Notes under the pieces: generated by a model
Database searches by the model: none
What the model saw: only the letters and a program-made list of their open reading frames with translations
Told to the model about the DNA's origin: nothing
Assembly (NCBI GenBank): GCA_023134165.1
Contig: JAGLUZ010000017.1
Span: forward strand, 1 to 42,407
Length of the DNA: 42,407 bases
Reading direction: 5' to 3'
DNA from: Deltaproteobacteria bacterium
GTDB lineage: Bacteria; Desulfobacterota; GWC2-55-46; DRQE01
Program-made: the position numbers and the translations under genes
Shown here: positions 1 through 9,968 of the stretch, in pieces
Numbering within the stretch: position 1 is the stretch's first letter
How the letters are laid out: every line of letters starts with the position of its first letter

Positions 1-2
1 GT

Positions 3-569
3 GCGGACTCTGTTCTGTATAACCTGGAGATTTATGATCCTGAACTCTTTAAGGTTATTTGCCCTGGCAGAGCCGACCTAATTGGTCGCGAGCGTTACTT
101 GGATGCCTTAAAATATGCTGCAAAGATATTTCCAAACGGAACAGTAGCCTCACACCTAATTGTTGGTCTTGAGCCGCCCGGAGCTACTGCTCAGGGAATT
201 GATTTTTTAACTGAACACGGGGTTGTGCCAATTCTTCCAATATATAGACCAAGAGCTGGTAAGGCACTTAGGATAGAGCCACTTGATACGGAGATTATTC
301 TTCCAGTATATAAAAAACTCTATACAGCTATTAAGAGACACGGCATAAATATGAACTGGGTTCGTGATATTAGCTCTGTTACAACGCCGGTTGAGAGCAG
401 GGAACTGGCTGGCGAAAAAAGTTCCTTTACTGACTCACTCGTTGAAAGTTTTTATAAATCCAAGTTTGGATTAAAAACAGCTTGGGGTTTATCTACTCTT
501 AGGAGAAAACTAAGGGTTCGCCCAAAAGATCCGCTTGACGGCCCAAAGCCCTCAAAGAATAAGGAGTAA
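3..569 (+). CDS. C-terminal fragment of a radical-SAM-like enzyme (5' end outside window)
   Basis: Frame 3 is open from base 3 (ADSVLYNLEIYDPELFKVICPGRADLIGRERYLDALKYAAK...) into tracked ORF 99..569. The sequence resembles the barrel half of radical SAM proteins, but no CxxxCxxC motif is inside the window. Confidence 0.4.
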   Translation, partial: ADSVLYNLEIYDPELFKVICPGRADLIGRERYLDALKYAAKIFPNGTVASHLIVGLEPPGATAQGIDFLTEHGVVPILPIYRPRAGKALRIEPLDTEIILPVYKKLYTAIKRHGINMNWVRDISSVTTPVESRELAGEKSSFTDSLVESFYKSKFGLKTAWGLSTLRRKLRVRPKDPLDGPKPSKNKE

Positions 570-617
570 GGTTCTCTTTTTTTTACTGGGTTTTGTTTTT
601 TTGTATGAGGTTATCCT

Positions 618-2057
618 TTGAACTTTGAGATAGATAAAAGACCCATCTGGGTGTTACTAGCAATTAAGGGGCTTAGGCCGTTATTTTTTTTAGCTGTCTT
701 AATTCTTTTTTTACTTATAAATAGCATAAATGTAGATAACTACGAAGGACTCTCAACTGAGGGGCGAACTGCCCTTGCAATCTTTGCAGTTTGCTTACTC
801 CTCTGGGTCTCAAATATTGTACCGCTCGCTATAACTAGCCTCTTTGCAATAGTACTTGTCCCTCTTTTAGGGGTACTCCCTAGGGACGAAGCCTACGCTT
901 TATTTGGCAATGAAGCTGTTTTCTTTATCCTCGGTGCTTTTATCTTGGCTGGGGCGGTAATGCACTCAGGGCTTTCAAATAGAATTGCCCTGGCAATACT
1001 TGAGCGTTTTGGTGGCTCACCAAAGAAACTGCTCTTTAGTATATTTTTTCTCTCTGCGGCACTTTCCTGCGTGATGAGTGAGCATGCAGTGGCGGCAATG
1101 TTGTTTCCAATAGTTTTAGAGATTGCAATGGCTCTTGAACTTAGACCCGGACGCTCTGGGTACGGAAAGTTATTATTTTTATCCCTTGCATGGGGTTGCG
1201 TAATCGGCGGGGTCGCAACATTCCTAGGTGGTGCACGTGTTCCACTTGCCGTTGGAATTCTAACAGAAACAACTGGCAAGACCATTGGTTTTTTTCAGTA
1301 CTCGGTAGCGGTATTTCCGCTTGTTATTGTAATGCTCATTGTTGGGGTTATTTTTCTCTCAAAAACCTTTAAGACTGAGATAATAAGTGTATCAAAGGCT
1401 CACGATGTACTTTCAGAGCGTATACGCTCTATTGGTAAGGTTAGCTACACTGAGTACGCAACAGGGGTTGTCTTAATCCTAACAATTATTATGTGGGTGG
1501 TCTTTGGTACAAGTATCGGGCTTGCCTCAATTGCACTTACCTCTGTGGTTGTACTCTTTGCCCTAAAACTTGTTAGGTGGAAAGACATAGAAGAGTACGT
1601 AAACTGGGGCATCATACTCATGTACGGAGGGGCTATAATCCTTGGTACAGCCCTAGAGAGAAGTGGGGCGGCCTTGTGGATTGCCGAGGCTATTGTTGGA
1701 AGTTGGGTCTTAACCCCGCTCCTAGCTATCGCTTTTTTCTCCCTCTTTACGCTAATCTTCACTGAGGGAATTAGTAATGCCGCTGTTATCGCAATCCTAC
1801 TTCCTGTTGGGATTGGCCTAACAGGGCGTTTTGGGATTGACCCGACTATCATTACCTTTGCAATAGCCGTACCTGCGGGGCTTGCCTTTAGCCTCCCGCT
1901 TGCGACACCTGCAAATGCCATAGCTGTTTCTTCAAATTACGTCTCGGTTATGGATATGGTAAAGGTCGGCGTCTTGATGAGTCTTATTGCTTGGGTGGTC
2001 TTTAATCTCTTGGCTCGTTTTTACTGGCCATTAATTGGTATGGGGATGGGTGGATAG
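618..2057 (+). CDS. DASS/SLC13-family anion permease (probable sulfate transporter by context)
   Basis: 479-aa polytopic membrane protein with the two-fold repeated hydrophobic architecture typical of Na+/sulfate-dicarboxylate symporters. TTG start preceded by GAGG. It sits directly upstream of cysC-cysH-sat. Confidence 0.7.
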   Translation: MNFEIDKRPIWVLLAIKGLRPLFFLAVLILFLLINSINVDNYEGLSTEGRTALAIFAVCLLLWVSNIVPLAITSLFAIVLVPLLGVLPRDEAYALFGNEAVFFILGAFILAGAVMHSGLSNRIALAILERFGGSPKKLLFSIFFLSAALSCVMSEHAVAAMLFPIVLEIAMALELRPGRSGYGKLLFLSLAWGCVIGGVATFLGGARVPLAVGILTETTGKTIGFFQYSVAVFPLVIVMLIVGVIFLSKTFKTEIISVSKAHDVLSERIRSIGKVSYTEYATGVVLILTIIMWVVFGTSIGLASIALTSVVVLFALKLVRWKDIEEYVNWGIILMYGGAIILGTALERSGAALWIAEAIVGSWVLTPLLAIAFFSLFTLIFTEGISNAAVIAILLPVGIGLTGRFGIDPTIITFAIAVPAGLAFSLPLATPANAIAVSSNYVSVMDMVKVGVLMSLIAWVVFNLLARFYWPLIGMGMGG

Positions 2058-2059
2058 TA

Positions 2060-2536
2060 ATGAAGAAAGTAATGCTCATACTCTCAACCTCAAGAACCTC
2101 AACTGAGGCCGTAAACTTTGCCGTAAAAAAAGCAAAGGCCTTGGGCGGAGGTCTACTTGCACTATATATTATTGAGAGTGAGCTAACTGATGAACTCTTT
2201 GACCGCTTCACTGATATTGGTTTTATAGGGGATAAACCCTCAACTGAGCTTACAATGGCCGTGCAAAAGGAATACCGCCAGCGAGGGTACGAAGAGGTTG
2301 GCAGGGTTCAGGTACTAGCCATGGAAGAGGGCATTGACTTTGACGCCCTAACTATAGACGGAGATTTTACAAAAGTTGCTCTTCAGGTAATTGATGAGCG
2401 AGATATCGGCTTAGTTGTTGCGGTAAAGAGAAAGCTTTCGTTTTTAAAGCGGTATTTTTCAAGGTCAGTCGTGGACGAGCTTACCGAGAGTGCCACTTGT
2501 GAGGTAGTTGTCTTTGAAGAAGACGCAGAAGTGTAG
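2060..2536 (+). CDS. universal stress protein (USP)-like domain protein
   Basis: 158 aa with an alternating beta/alpha pattern (MLILSTS..., LLALYIIE..., LVVAVKR...). Starts 2 nt after the permease stop, so probably translationally linked. Confidence 0.55.
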   Translation: MKKVMLILSTSRTSTEAVNFAVKKAKALGGGLLALYIIESELTDELFDRFTDIGFIGDKPSTELTMAVQKEYRQRGYEEVGRVQVLAMEEGIDFDALTIDGDFTKVALQVIDERDIGLVVAVKRKLSFLKRYFSRSVVDELTESATCEVVVFEEDAEV

Positions 2537-2607
2537 TTTTTTTTAAAAAAATGTTTTAAAAATTTTCTTAATACAAGGTAGAAAATCAAAAGGAGAAGTA
2601 AGGTAAA

Positions 2608-3219
2608 ATGGCAGATCAAAAGAGTACTAATATTACTTGGCATCACGGAAAAATTTCAAAGGAAGACAGGGAAAAACTAACCGGACAAAAGGGCGTTACA
2701 ATCTGGTTAACAGGGTTATCTGGCTCTGGTAAATCAACTATCGCTGTTGAGCTTGAGCACGCACTAATGGATAACAAACATCAAGCCTACATCCTAGACG
2801 GTGATAATGTTCGTCACGGACTCAATAAAAACCTTGGCTTTTCACCAGAAGACAGGACTGAGAATATTAGAAGAATCGGTGAGGTCTCAAAGCTATTTAC
2901 TGAGGCAAACTTAATTGCCATCACAGCCTTTATCTCTCCGTACAAAAATGACAGAGACGATGTTCGAGCACTCCTTGGCGAGGGTGAATTTATTGAGGTT
3001 TACGTAAAGTGTTCCCTTGAAGAATGTGAAAAACGTGATACCAAAGGGCTTTACAAAAAAGCCAGAGCAGGCGAGATTCCGGAATTTACTGGAATTTCAG
3101 CACCTTATGAAGAACCAGATAAGGCCGAGATTGTAATTAATACCGATGAGTTAAGTGTTGAAGAGTCCACCCGTGCCATACTTGGGTACTTGGAAGAGAA
3201 AGGTTATATAACCCTCTAA
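2608..3219 (+). CDS. cysC: adenylylsulfate (APS) kinase
   Basis: P-loop [20 protein letters not shown] and ISPY motifs; 203 aa; AAGGAG-like RBS upstream. Confidence 0.95.
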   Translation: MADQKSTNITWHHGKISKEDREKLTGQKGVTIWLTGLSGSGKSTIAVELEHALMDNKHQAYILDGDNVRHGLNKNLGFSPEDRTENIRRIGEVSKLFTEANLIAITAFISPYKNDRDDVRALLGEGEFIEVYVKCSLEECEKRDTKGLYKKARAGEIPEFTGISAPYEEPDKAEIVINTDELSVEESTRAILGYLEEKGYITL

Positions 3220-3228
3220 GCTGAACTC

Positions 3229-3987
3229 ATGGATAATAAAGATAATAAAAAAAATGTCTCTGAGGTTTCTTTAGATGAGCTAAATGCCATGGACGCAGAG
3301 GCCTTAATTGACTGGGCCTTAACCAACTACGGCGATAGGGTTGCCATTGGTACAAGTTTTCAGCTCTCTGGCTCTGTTATTATTGATATGGCCGCAAAGC
3401 ACCATAAGGAGTTTCGCGTCTTTACAGTTGATACGGGGAGACTTCATAAAGAAACCCACGAAGCAATGGCTGCAACGGAGAAGCGCTACGACATAAAAGT
3501 AGAGCGTAAGGTTCCAAATGCCAAGCGTGTTCACGAGATGGTTGAGCGTTTTGGAGAATTTTTATTCTTTACTGATAAGGCAAAGCAAGAGTACTGCTGT
3601 CAGCTCCGTAAGGTTGAGCCAAATACCGAGGCACTCCAAGACGTAGATGTTTGGATAACCGGCCTTAGGAGGGATCAATCAAAGGCTCGCAGTAGTGCCC
3701 CAAAGGCATTTTTTATGGAGCAGTGGGAGAGGACAATCCTAAAGCTTAGCCCGCTTGTAGAGTGGACAGAGAATGATGTACTAGAGTATATTGATAAAAA
3801 CAATGTTCCGTATAACTCGCTCTTTAATAAAGGTTATGATAGTGTTGGTTGCGTAATATGTTCAACACCACTGGTAATAGGTGAAGAGCCAAGGAGCGGG
3901 CGTTGGAGATGGTTTAATAAGACTGATGATAAGAAGGAATGCGGAATACATCTGCCAGATAATAACGAAAAAAATAATAAAGATTAG
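3229..3987 (+). CDS. cysH: APS/PAPS reductase (thioredoxin-dependent; carries the Fe-S type Cys motifs)
   Basis: PAPS_reduct fold with C-terminal ECGIH catalytic motif, plus a CC pair (EYCCQLRK) and CxxC (GCVIC), the 4-Cys signature of [4Fe-4S] APS reductases. Confidence 0.9.
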   Translation: MDNKDNKKNVSEVSLDELNAMDAEALIDWALTNYGDRVAIGTSFQLSGSVIIDMAAKHHKEFRVFTVDTGRLHKETHEAMAATEKRYDIKVERKVPNAKRVHEMVERFGEFLFFTDKAKQEYCCQLRKVEPNTEALQDVDVWITGLRRDQSKARSSAPKAFFMEQWERTILKLSPLVEWTENDVLEYIDKNNVPYNSLFNKGYDSVGCVICSTPLVIGEEPRSGRWRWFNKTDDKKECGIHLPDNNEKNNKD

Positions 3988-4010
3988 AACCTAAAAGGAG
4001 GACGGAAACA

Positions 4011-5168
4011 ATGACAGGACTTATAGCACCGCACGGCGGTACACTTATAAAGAGGGCTTTAGAAGGTAAGGAGAGGGAAGAAGCCGCAAAACGAGCCGAA
4101 GGTTTAAAGACACTAAAACTTACTGAGCGTGAGATTAGTGATCTAGAGATGATAGCAATCGGTGGTTTTAGCCCACTAGAAGGTTTTATGTGTAAGGAAG
4201 ATTACCACGGTGTTATGGATACCATGACCCTAAAGAACGGTCTACCTTGGACAATCCCAGTTACACTCTCTACTGATAAAGCAACTGGAGATTCAATTAG
4301 CGTTGGTGAAGAGGTTGCCCTAACTGATGGTAGTGGAAAGGTACTTGGCCTAATTGAAGTGCAAGAAATATTTAACCATGACAAGGAAAAAGAATCTCTT
4401 AAGGTTTACGGAACAACTGAGGACGCTCACCCTGGAGTTGCAAAGGTACTCGAGATGGGAGATACCTTAATTGGTGGTAAGATCTCTGTAATTGAACGCC
4501 CAGAGCATAACGACTTCGGAGACGAGCGACTTGACCCAGAAGAGACTCGCAAGCTCTTTAAGGAAAAGGGCTGGAAGAGAGTCGTTGGTTTTCAAACACG
4601 TAACCCAATTCACAGGGCTCATGAGTATATTCAAAAATGCGCATTAGAGACAGTTGACGGCCTTATGATTCACCCACTTGTTGGTGAGACCAAAGCCGGG
4701 GACATCTCAGCAACAGTTAGGATGGATTGCTACAAAGCCCTCATGGATAATTATTACCCAGCCGATAGAGTAGCCCTTGTTGTCTTCCCAGCGGCTATGC
4801 GTTACGCAGGACCTCGTGAGGCTGTCTTTCACGCACTAATACGCAAGAACTATGGTTGCACACACTTTATCGTTGGAAGAGATCACGCTGGAGTTGGCAA
4901 CTACTACGGAACATTTGATGCCCACTTTATCTTTGATGAGTTTGACCCAGCGGCAATTGATATCTCCCCAATGTTCTTTGACTATACATTCTTCTGTAAG
5001 AAGTGCGGCGGAATGGCTTCATTTAAGAGTTGCCCGCATGACTCAGAGCACCACATCTCACTCTCAGGGACAAAGGTTCGTGAGATGCTACTAAACGGAG
5101 AGAAACCACCAGCTGAGTTCTCAAGACCAGAGGTAGCAGAGATACTTATAAAGGCAATGAGTAAGTAG
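4011..5168 (+). CDS. sat: sulfate adenylyltransferase (homo-oligomeric ATP sulfurylase)
   Basis: [11 protein letters not shown] and GRDHAGVG motifs; 385 aa; GGAGGA RBS. Confidence 0.95.
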   Translation: MTGLIAPHGGTLIKRALEGKEREEAAKRAEGLKTLKLTEREISDLEMIAIGGFSPLEGFMCKEDYHGVMDTMTLKNGLPWTIPVTLSTDKATGDSISVGEEVALTDGSGKVLGLIEVQEIFNHDKEKESLKVYGTTEDAHPGVAKVLEMGDTLIGGKISVIERPEHNDFGDERLDPEETRKLFKEKGWKRVVGFQTRNPIHRAHEYIQKCALETVDGLMIHPLVGETKAGDISATVRMDCYKALMDNYYPADRVALVVFPAAMRYAGPREAVFHALIRKNYGCTHFIVGRDHAGVGNYYGTFDAHFIFDEFDPAAIDISPMFFDYTFFCKKCGGMASFKSCPHDSEHHISLSGTKVREMLLNGEKPPAEFSRPEVAEILIKAMSK

Positions 5169-5212
5169 AAAGAAAGCACGGCATCTTAATGTCTGACTTC
5201 TTGACACTTTTG

Positions 5213-5265
5213 CCGTTATAGTTTATTATTCAAAACTAAGGATAATAGACTATGACGGTTTTTTT
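5213..5265 (+). terminator. intrinsic terminator of the sulfate operon
   Basis: About 18-bp stem (5213-5230 pairs with 5241-5258, three G-U wobbles), 10-nt loop, then T7 (5259-5265). Confidence 0.75.
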
Positions 5266-5337
5266 GTGTTATAGTACTTAAAATCCTTACAAGTAAAATC
5301 TGTTTTTTATTTTTTTGAATATAAAGGAGGTTCATTT

Positions 5338-6123
5338 ATGAGAAGTATAAAAGAATTTAAGGTTTTTCTAATTGCCGTGGTTGCCTTTATTGGCCTAACC
5401 TTTGGTATAAGTTCAACAGCAAATGCACTAGTAGATCTTAAGGTTGAGGGCAGGTACTGGTACTCTACCTTAGAGGCTGATGCCAAGGTAAGTGACGGCT
5501 CTATTATTGGTACTAACATTAATTTCGTAGATGACTTAGGTGTTGACGCAACAAATGGCTTCCCTGAGCTACGTGCAATAATTGGCCTTGGAAGCCACAA
5601 GATTCGTTACAGCTTTATTCAACTTGAGTGGGAAGGTGATGAGACCATCTCTCAGGATATTAATTTTGCTGGCTTCACCTATACTGCTACTGCAAGTGTT
5701 GATACAACCTTTAGCGTAGATATGCATAGCCTTGGTTATGAATATGATATTATTGAGGTAATTGGTAATAAGGTTGGTCTAATCGCCGAGCTAAAATACA
5801 TTGATATGAATGCAAACCTTGAGGCCTCCTCACTAGCTGGGAGTGATCAGAAAGATAGCCTCTTAAAGTTCCCTCTACCAACCCTTGGTGTTGTAGCCCA
5901 AGTAGGTATTCCAATTCTCTTTGTTAATGCAGAGGTAACAGGAATCTCCCTTGGCGAGAAGGCCTATTTTGTAGATGCTGACGCTTCTATTAATTTCATA
6001 CCTCTTCCACTTTTAACGATTAGCGGCGGTTACAGGTTAATTAATATCCATGTTGACTATGATGATAATGTAGGCAATATTAATATCGCAGGACCGTACC
6101 TTGCCTTGCGTTTTGGTTTTTAA
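5338..6123 (+). CDS. outer-membrane beta-barrel protein, unknown function
   Basis: Signal peptide ending SSTANA, alternating amphipathic beta-strand pattern, C-terminal LALRFGF with terminal Phe (OMP beta-signal); AAGGAGG RBS. Confidence 0.6.
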   Translation: MRSIKEFKVFLIAVVAFIGLTFGISSTANALVDLKVEGRYWYSTLEADAKVSDGSIIGTNINFVDDLGVDATNGFPELRAIIGLGSHKIRYSFIQLEWEGDETISQDINFAGFTYTATASVDTTFSVDMHSLGYEYDIIEVIGNKVGLIAELKYIDMNANLEASSLAGSDQKDSLLKFPLPTLGVVAQVGIPILFVNAEVTGISLGEKAYFVDADASINFIPLPLLTISGGYRLINIHVDYDDNVGNINIAGPYLALRFGF

Positions 6124-6140
6124 ATTTTACTAGAGCTTTT

Positions 6141-6165
6141 AGGGCGTACCACATGGGTACGCCCT
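6141..6165 (+). terminator. perfect 10-bp hairpin after the OMP gene
   Basis: AGGGCGTACC-acatg-GGTACGCCCT; the trailing U-tract is weak (gaaagtttctt). Confidence 0.45.
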
Positions 6166-6187
6166 GAAAGTTTCTTAACTTCCCCTG

Positions 6188-7279
6188 ATGCCCTCCCTTA
6201 CTGAAAAAATCCCAAAAGAAAGAGTCCTAATCGTTGAGGTCAACGAAAAAAGTACCTTACTCCTGCGTTCGATGATGGAAGCAGAGGGCTATATAGTTGA
6301 ATGCTCCATGAACGGCATAGAGGCCATGAATATCGTCCCGACCTTTTGCCCAGACCTAATACTCCTGGATATTATGATGCCTGGAATGGACGGTTTTGAG
6401 ACCTGCCAAAGATTAAAGGCTGACGTGCGTACTCGTTATATTCCAGTTGTAATGCTAACAGCAAGGAGTGAGAGTGATGATAAGGTCACTGCCCTTAATG
6501 CCGGAGCTGAAGATTATATTGTAAAGCCATATTCTGTTGCTGAGTTAACTGCAAGGGTTCGCTCTATTCTTGCCATGCGTGCGCTTCAGAAAAAACTAAC
6601 AGAGACAGAAAAGATGGCCGCCCTTGGTGAAATGATAGACGGCATTGCACACGAGATTAGAAACCCCTTGGTTATGATTGGTGGGATGGCAAGGCGACTC
6701 TTTGAGCATGAGAGTGATGATAAACATAAGAGGTATGCTGGGAGGATAATGGAAGGCGTACTCCGAATGGAACACATGATGGAGAGGATTGCTGAGTATA
6801 AGGGTGTGCTTGTCTCTGATTTTACTGCCTCCAATATAAATGACCCAATTGAGGCCGCAGTTGAGGAGGCAAAACTTTATATTGACGGAAAGAGATTAAA
6901 GATAAAGACAGAGCTACTAAAAGAGCCGCCAATTCTTAAACTTGACCCAAAAAATATAAAGTTAGCAATATTTAATATCTTACAAAACGCAATGGAGGCT
7001 GTGGAAGAAGTTGCAGGGGAGATTACCCTTAAGACAGAGCTTCGGGAGCAAAGGGGTAAGGAATACCTTATAATTAAAATAACAGATAATGGTCACGGCA
7101 TTGACGCCGAACTCTTAAGGAATGTCTTTCATCCCTTTCATACGACCAAGACCGCAGGCGGTGGCCTTGGTTTAAATATTGCTTACAGGATTATTGAAGA
7201 TAACGGCGGCACCTTAAGCGTACAGAGTAAGAAGGGGGAGGGGGCAGAGTTTACGATAAACCTTCCAGTTGGGGATTAA
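6188..7279 (+). CDS. soluble hybrid REC-histidine kinase (N-terminal receiver, HisKA, HATPase_c)
   Basis: Receiver motifs LILLDIMMPGMDG and KP; H-box GIAHEIRNPL; N-box and G-boxes (DNGHGI, GGGLGL). No TM or sensor domain. Confidence 0.85.
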   Translation: MPSLTEKIPKERVLIVEVNEKSTLLLRSMMEAEGYIVECSMNGIEAMNIVPTFCPDLILLDIMMPGMDGFETCQRLKADVRTRYIPVVMLTARSESDDKVTALNAGAEDYIVKPYSVAELTARVRSILAMRALQKKLTETEKMAALGEMIDGIAHEIRNPLVMIGGMARRLFEHESDDKHKRYAGRIMEGVLRMEHMMERIAEYKGVLVSDFTASNINDPIEAAVEEAKLYIDGKRLKIKTELLKEPPILKLDPKNIKLAIFNILQNAMEAVEEVAGEITLKTELREQRGKEYLIIKITDNGHGIDAELLRNVFHPFHTTKTAGGGLGLNIAYRIIEDNGGTLSVQSKKGEGAEFTINLPVGD

Positions 7280-7336
7280 AGGTTCTTTAAAGATCATTTT
7301 TTTATCTTTTCAAAAGTAAAACCTCATAACAACTAA

Positions 7337-7489
7337 AAACCTGTCTTTTCGAGCGAACAAAGAGAGCGTGCAATCTCGTGGTCTGGGCGATTAGGTTTAA
7401 AAAAAAGGCAGATTGCCACGTAGTCCCGTCTTACGGCAGTTCTCCACACAAAGACAGGTTTCTGCGGGTTCAGGTTTGTAACCTGAACC
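7337..7489. other. nested inverted-repeat element in a convergent intergenic gap (candidate structured RNA or 3' UTR)
   Basis: 12-bp helix 7337-7348/7450-7461. Inner helix 7367-7376/7410-7420 with one bulge. Separate 10-bp hairpin 7467-7476/7480-7489. Confidence 0.3.
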
Positions 7490-7544
7490 AAACTAACTTT
7501 ACCCTCAAACAATCCTCAACTTAATTAAACTTTAGGTTCAATCG

Positions 7545-7570
7545 GTCTCTGACTGTCAGTCTCTGACTGT
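7545..7570. repeat. tandem 14-nt repeat GTCTCTGACTGT(ca/tt) x2
   Basis: Direct reading; the unit contains the small palindrome TGAC-T-GTCA. Confidence 0.6.
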
Positions 7571-7602
7571 TTGTTCTTTTTTACTTTAAACCCCTCACAA
7601 AT

Positions 7603-9237
7603 CTACTCTGAGGCAATCCTGCCAAGTACAGTATCAGAGCCAAATTCTTCGTCATCTCTCTCTGGGTGATCTATATTATAATGAAGCCCTCGGCTCTCTT
7701 CGCGTAGTATTGCAGAGCGTATTATAAGCTCTGCAATGGTTGAGATATTTCTAAGCTCGATTAAGTCCGAGGTAAGGGTAAAGTCCCAGTAATATTCATT
7801 AATCTCTTTTGATAAAAGGTCAATCCTTCGCTTTGCACGCTCTAATCTTTTATCTGACCTTACGATCCCAACATAGTTCCAGAGAAATCTCCTTATCTCG
7901 TCCCAGTTGTGAGAGATAACAACGGCCTCATCACTCGGCACAGCTCCGTAGGTCTTCCATTTTGGTATGGGAGGGGCAGGGGTTGGCCTTTCCTTTAAAA
8001 GCCTCGTAGCCTCTTTTGCCGCTCTGTCTGCAAAGACCAAACCCTCAAGGAGTGAGTTTGATGCCAGACGATTTGCACCGTGAAACCCAGTGCATGCAGT
8101 CTCACCAATTGCAAAAAGCCTCTTTATTGTGCTTGCTCCGTTTAGGTCTGTTAAGACGCCGCCGCAGGTGTAGTGAGCGGCCGGAACAACAGGGATTGGA
8201 TCCTTTGTCATATCAATTCCAAGCTCTAAACAGCGTTTATAAATATTAGGGAAACGTTCTTTAATAAATTCAGAGTCTTTATGAGATATGTCTAGGTAAA
8301 CATAGTCATCTCCACGCTTTTTTAACTCAAAATCAATTGCACGAGCAACAATATCTCTTGGTGCAAGTTCTCCATCAGGGTGATGTTTCTTCATAAATTG
8401 AGTACCATCTTTTAGCTTTAGGATTGCACCTTCGCCCCTTAGTGCCTCACTGATGAGAAAGGCCTTTGCTTGTTGATGATAAAGACACGTTGGGTGGAAT
8501 TGAAAAAACTCCATATTTGATATCTTTGCCCCGGCTCTGTATGCCATGGCAATGCCGTCTCCGGTTGCGATATCTGGGTTAGAGGTGTATTTGTATGCCT
8601 TGCCAGCACCGCCTGTTGCTAGTATTGTTGTCTTTGCAAGCATTGTCGAGACCTCGCCAGTGTCTTTATTTAGGACGTAGGCTCCCCAAACTTGCTCATC
8701 ATTATTCTCGTCATTAAGGTAGCTAGTATTTGTCTCAACAAATTTGGAGTGCGTTATAAGGTCAACTGCAATGTGACGTTCGTAGACCGTGATATTTGGC
8801 TCTGCCTCTATGGCCTTTAGGAGGGTCTCCTCTATCTCTTTGCCTGTAATATCACCTGCGTGGACAATACGCCGCTTTGAGTGACCACCTTCACGCCCTA
8901 GGTCAAACTCTAGGTGACCTTTATTTATGGTTCCACTAAAGCTAGCACCAAGATTGATTAACTCGCTAACACGCTCTGGGCCGCCCCTAACAACCATGGT
9001 TGCGACCTCAGGGTTTGAGAGACCAACACCAGCCTCTAAGGTGTCACGGATATGAGCCTCAAAGGAATCTTCCTTAGCAAAGACAGAGGCAATGCCACCC
9101 TGGGCATAGAAGGTTGCTGACTCTGAGGCCTCTCTCTTTGTGATAATTGTTACTGTTCCGCTCTTGGCTACTTTTAGGGCAAAACTAAGGCCAGCTATGC
9201 CTGAGCCAATTACAAGGTAGTCGCTTCTTATCTCCAC
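7603..9237 (-). CDS. nadB: L-aspartate oxidase
   Basis: FAD fold [12 protein letters not shown]; succinate dehydrogenase/fumarate reductase flavoprotein-like core; 544 aa. Confidence 0.92.
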   Translation of the reverse strand: MEIRSDYLVIGSGIAGLSFALKVAKSGTVTIITKREASESATFYAQGGIASVFAKEDSFEAHIRDTLEAGVGLSNPEVATMVVRGGPERVSELINLGASFSGTINKGHLEFDLGREGGHSKRRIVHAGDITGKEIEETLLKAIEAEPNITVYERHIAVDLITHSKFVETNTSYLNDENNDEQVWGAYVLNKDTGEVSTMLAKTTILATGGAGKAYKYTSNPDIATGDGIAMAYRAGAKISNMEFFQFHPTCLYHQQAKAFLISEALRGEGAILKLKDGTQFMKKHHPDGELAPRDIVARAIDFELKKRGDDYVYLDISHKDSEFIKERFPNIYKRCLELGIDMTKDPIPVVPAAHYTCGGVLTDLNGASTIKRLFAIGETACTGFHGANRLASNSLLEGLVFADRAAKEATRLLKERPTPAPPIPKWKTYGAVPSDEAVVISHNWDEIRRFLWNYVGIVRSDKRLERAKRRIDLLSKEINEYYWDFTLTSDLIELRNISTIAELIIRSAILREESRGLHYNIDHPERDDEEFGSDTVLGRIASE

Positions 9238-9360
9238 TTAAATAAATCACCTCTTCTATTTAATACTCAAAGATTATGCTAAGAATTTTTTTTTGTCAAG
9301 AGTTGGGTGAAAAAAATAGAAAATACTTGCGATTTTAGTAATTTAGGTATAAAATCTATT

Positions 9361-9948
9361 ATGCGTTCAATTACTCGAAATTCCTTGTGGATACCTGCGT
9401 TTACATTTTTTTTCATTCTCTCTTACGCCTCTATTGCTGAGGCGGGGTATTATAAGTATCGTGACGAGAACGGACAACTTCATATAACAAATGTTCCAAC
9501 AACTGATAAATATAAATGGTTTATGGCCGAAGAGGGTGAGGAGGTTCACCGTGCTCACTCAATTGACGTCTTGATTAGAAGGGCGGCAAAAAAACATGGT
9601 GTTGACTATCCACTCGTTAAGGCCGTTATAAAGGCAGAGAGCAACTTTGAGGTTCGTGCCTTATCAAGGGCAGGTGCAAAGGGGCTTATGCAACTGATGC
9701 CTGCAACTGCAAAGATGCTCGGAGTAAAAGACATCTATGATCCATCAGAGAACGTAAACGGAGGGGTCAAGTTCCTTCGTCATTTACTTGAGAGATTTAA
9801 GTGGAAAGTACCTTTAGCACTTGCCGCCTATAATGCAGGGGAGACGGCTGTTAGAAAATACGGCACAATACCTCCTTATAAAGAAACACGTAATTACGTA
9901 AAAAAAGTTCTTATGTATCAAAATATATATAATCTGAGTTCTCACTAA
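9361..9948 (+). CDS. lytic transglycosylase (SLT domain) with DUF4124-like N-terminal segment
   Basis: Catalytic AESNF...GAKGLMQLMP...AYNAG motifs. ATG at 9361 gives an immediate signal peptide (MRSITRNSLWIPAFTFFFILSYASIAEA). The tracked GTG at 9307 is an alternative start. Confidence 0.85.
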   Translation: MRSITRNSLWIPAFTFFFILSYASIAEAGYYKYRDENGQLHITNVPTTDKYKWFMAEEGEEVHRAHSIDVLIRRAAKKHGVDYPLVKAVIKAESNFEVRALSRAGAKGLMQLMPATAKMLGVKDIYDPSENVNGGVKFLRHLLERFKWKVPLALAAYNAGETAVRKYGTIPPYKETRNYVKKVLMYQNIYNLSSH

Positions 9949-9968
9949 TTTTATTAAACTAATTAGCT

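Noticed and set aside
5201-5229. TTGACA-17 nt-TATTAT promoter-like element upstream of the OMP gene
   Set aside because: Its -10 hexamer and spacer lie inside the left arm of the strong sat-operon terminator hairpin (5213-5265). It may be fortuitous, so it is not listed as a feature, although it could still drive the OMP gene.
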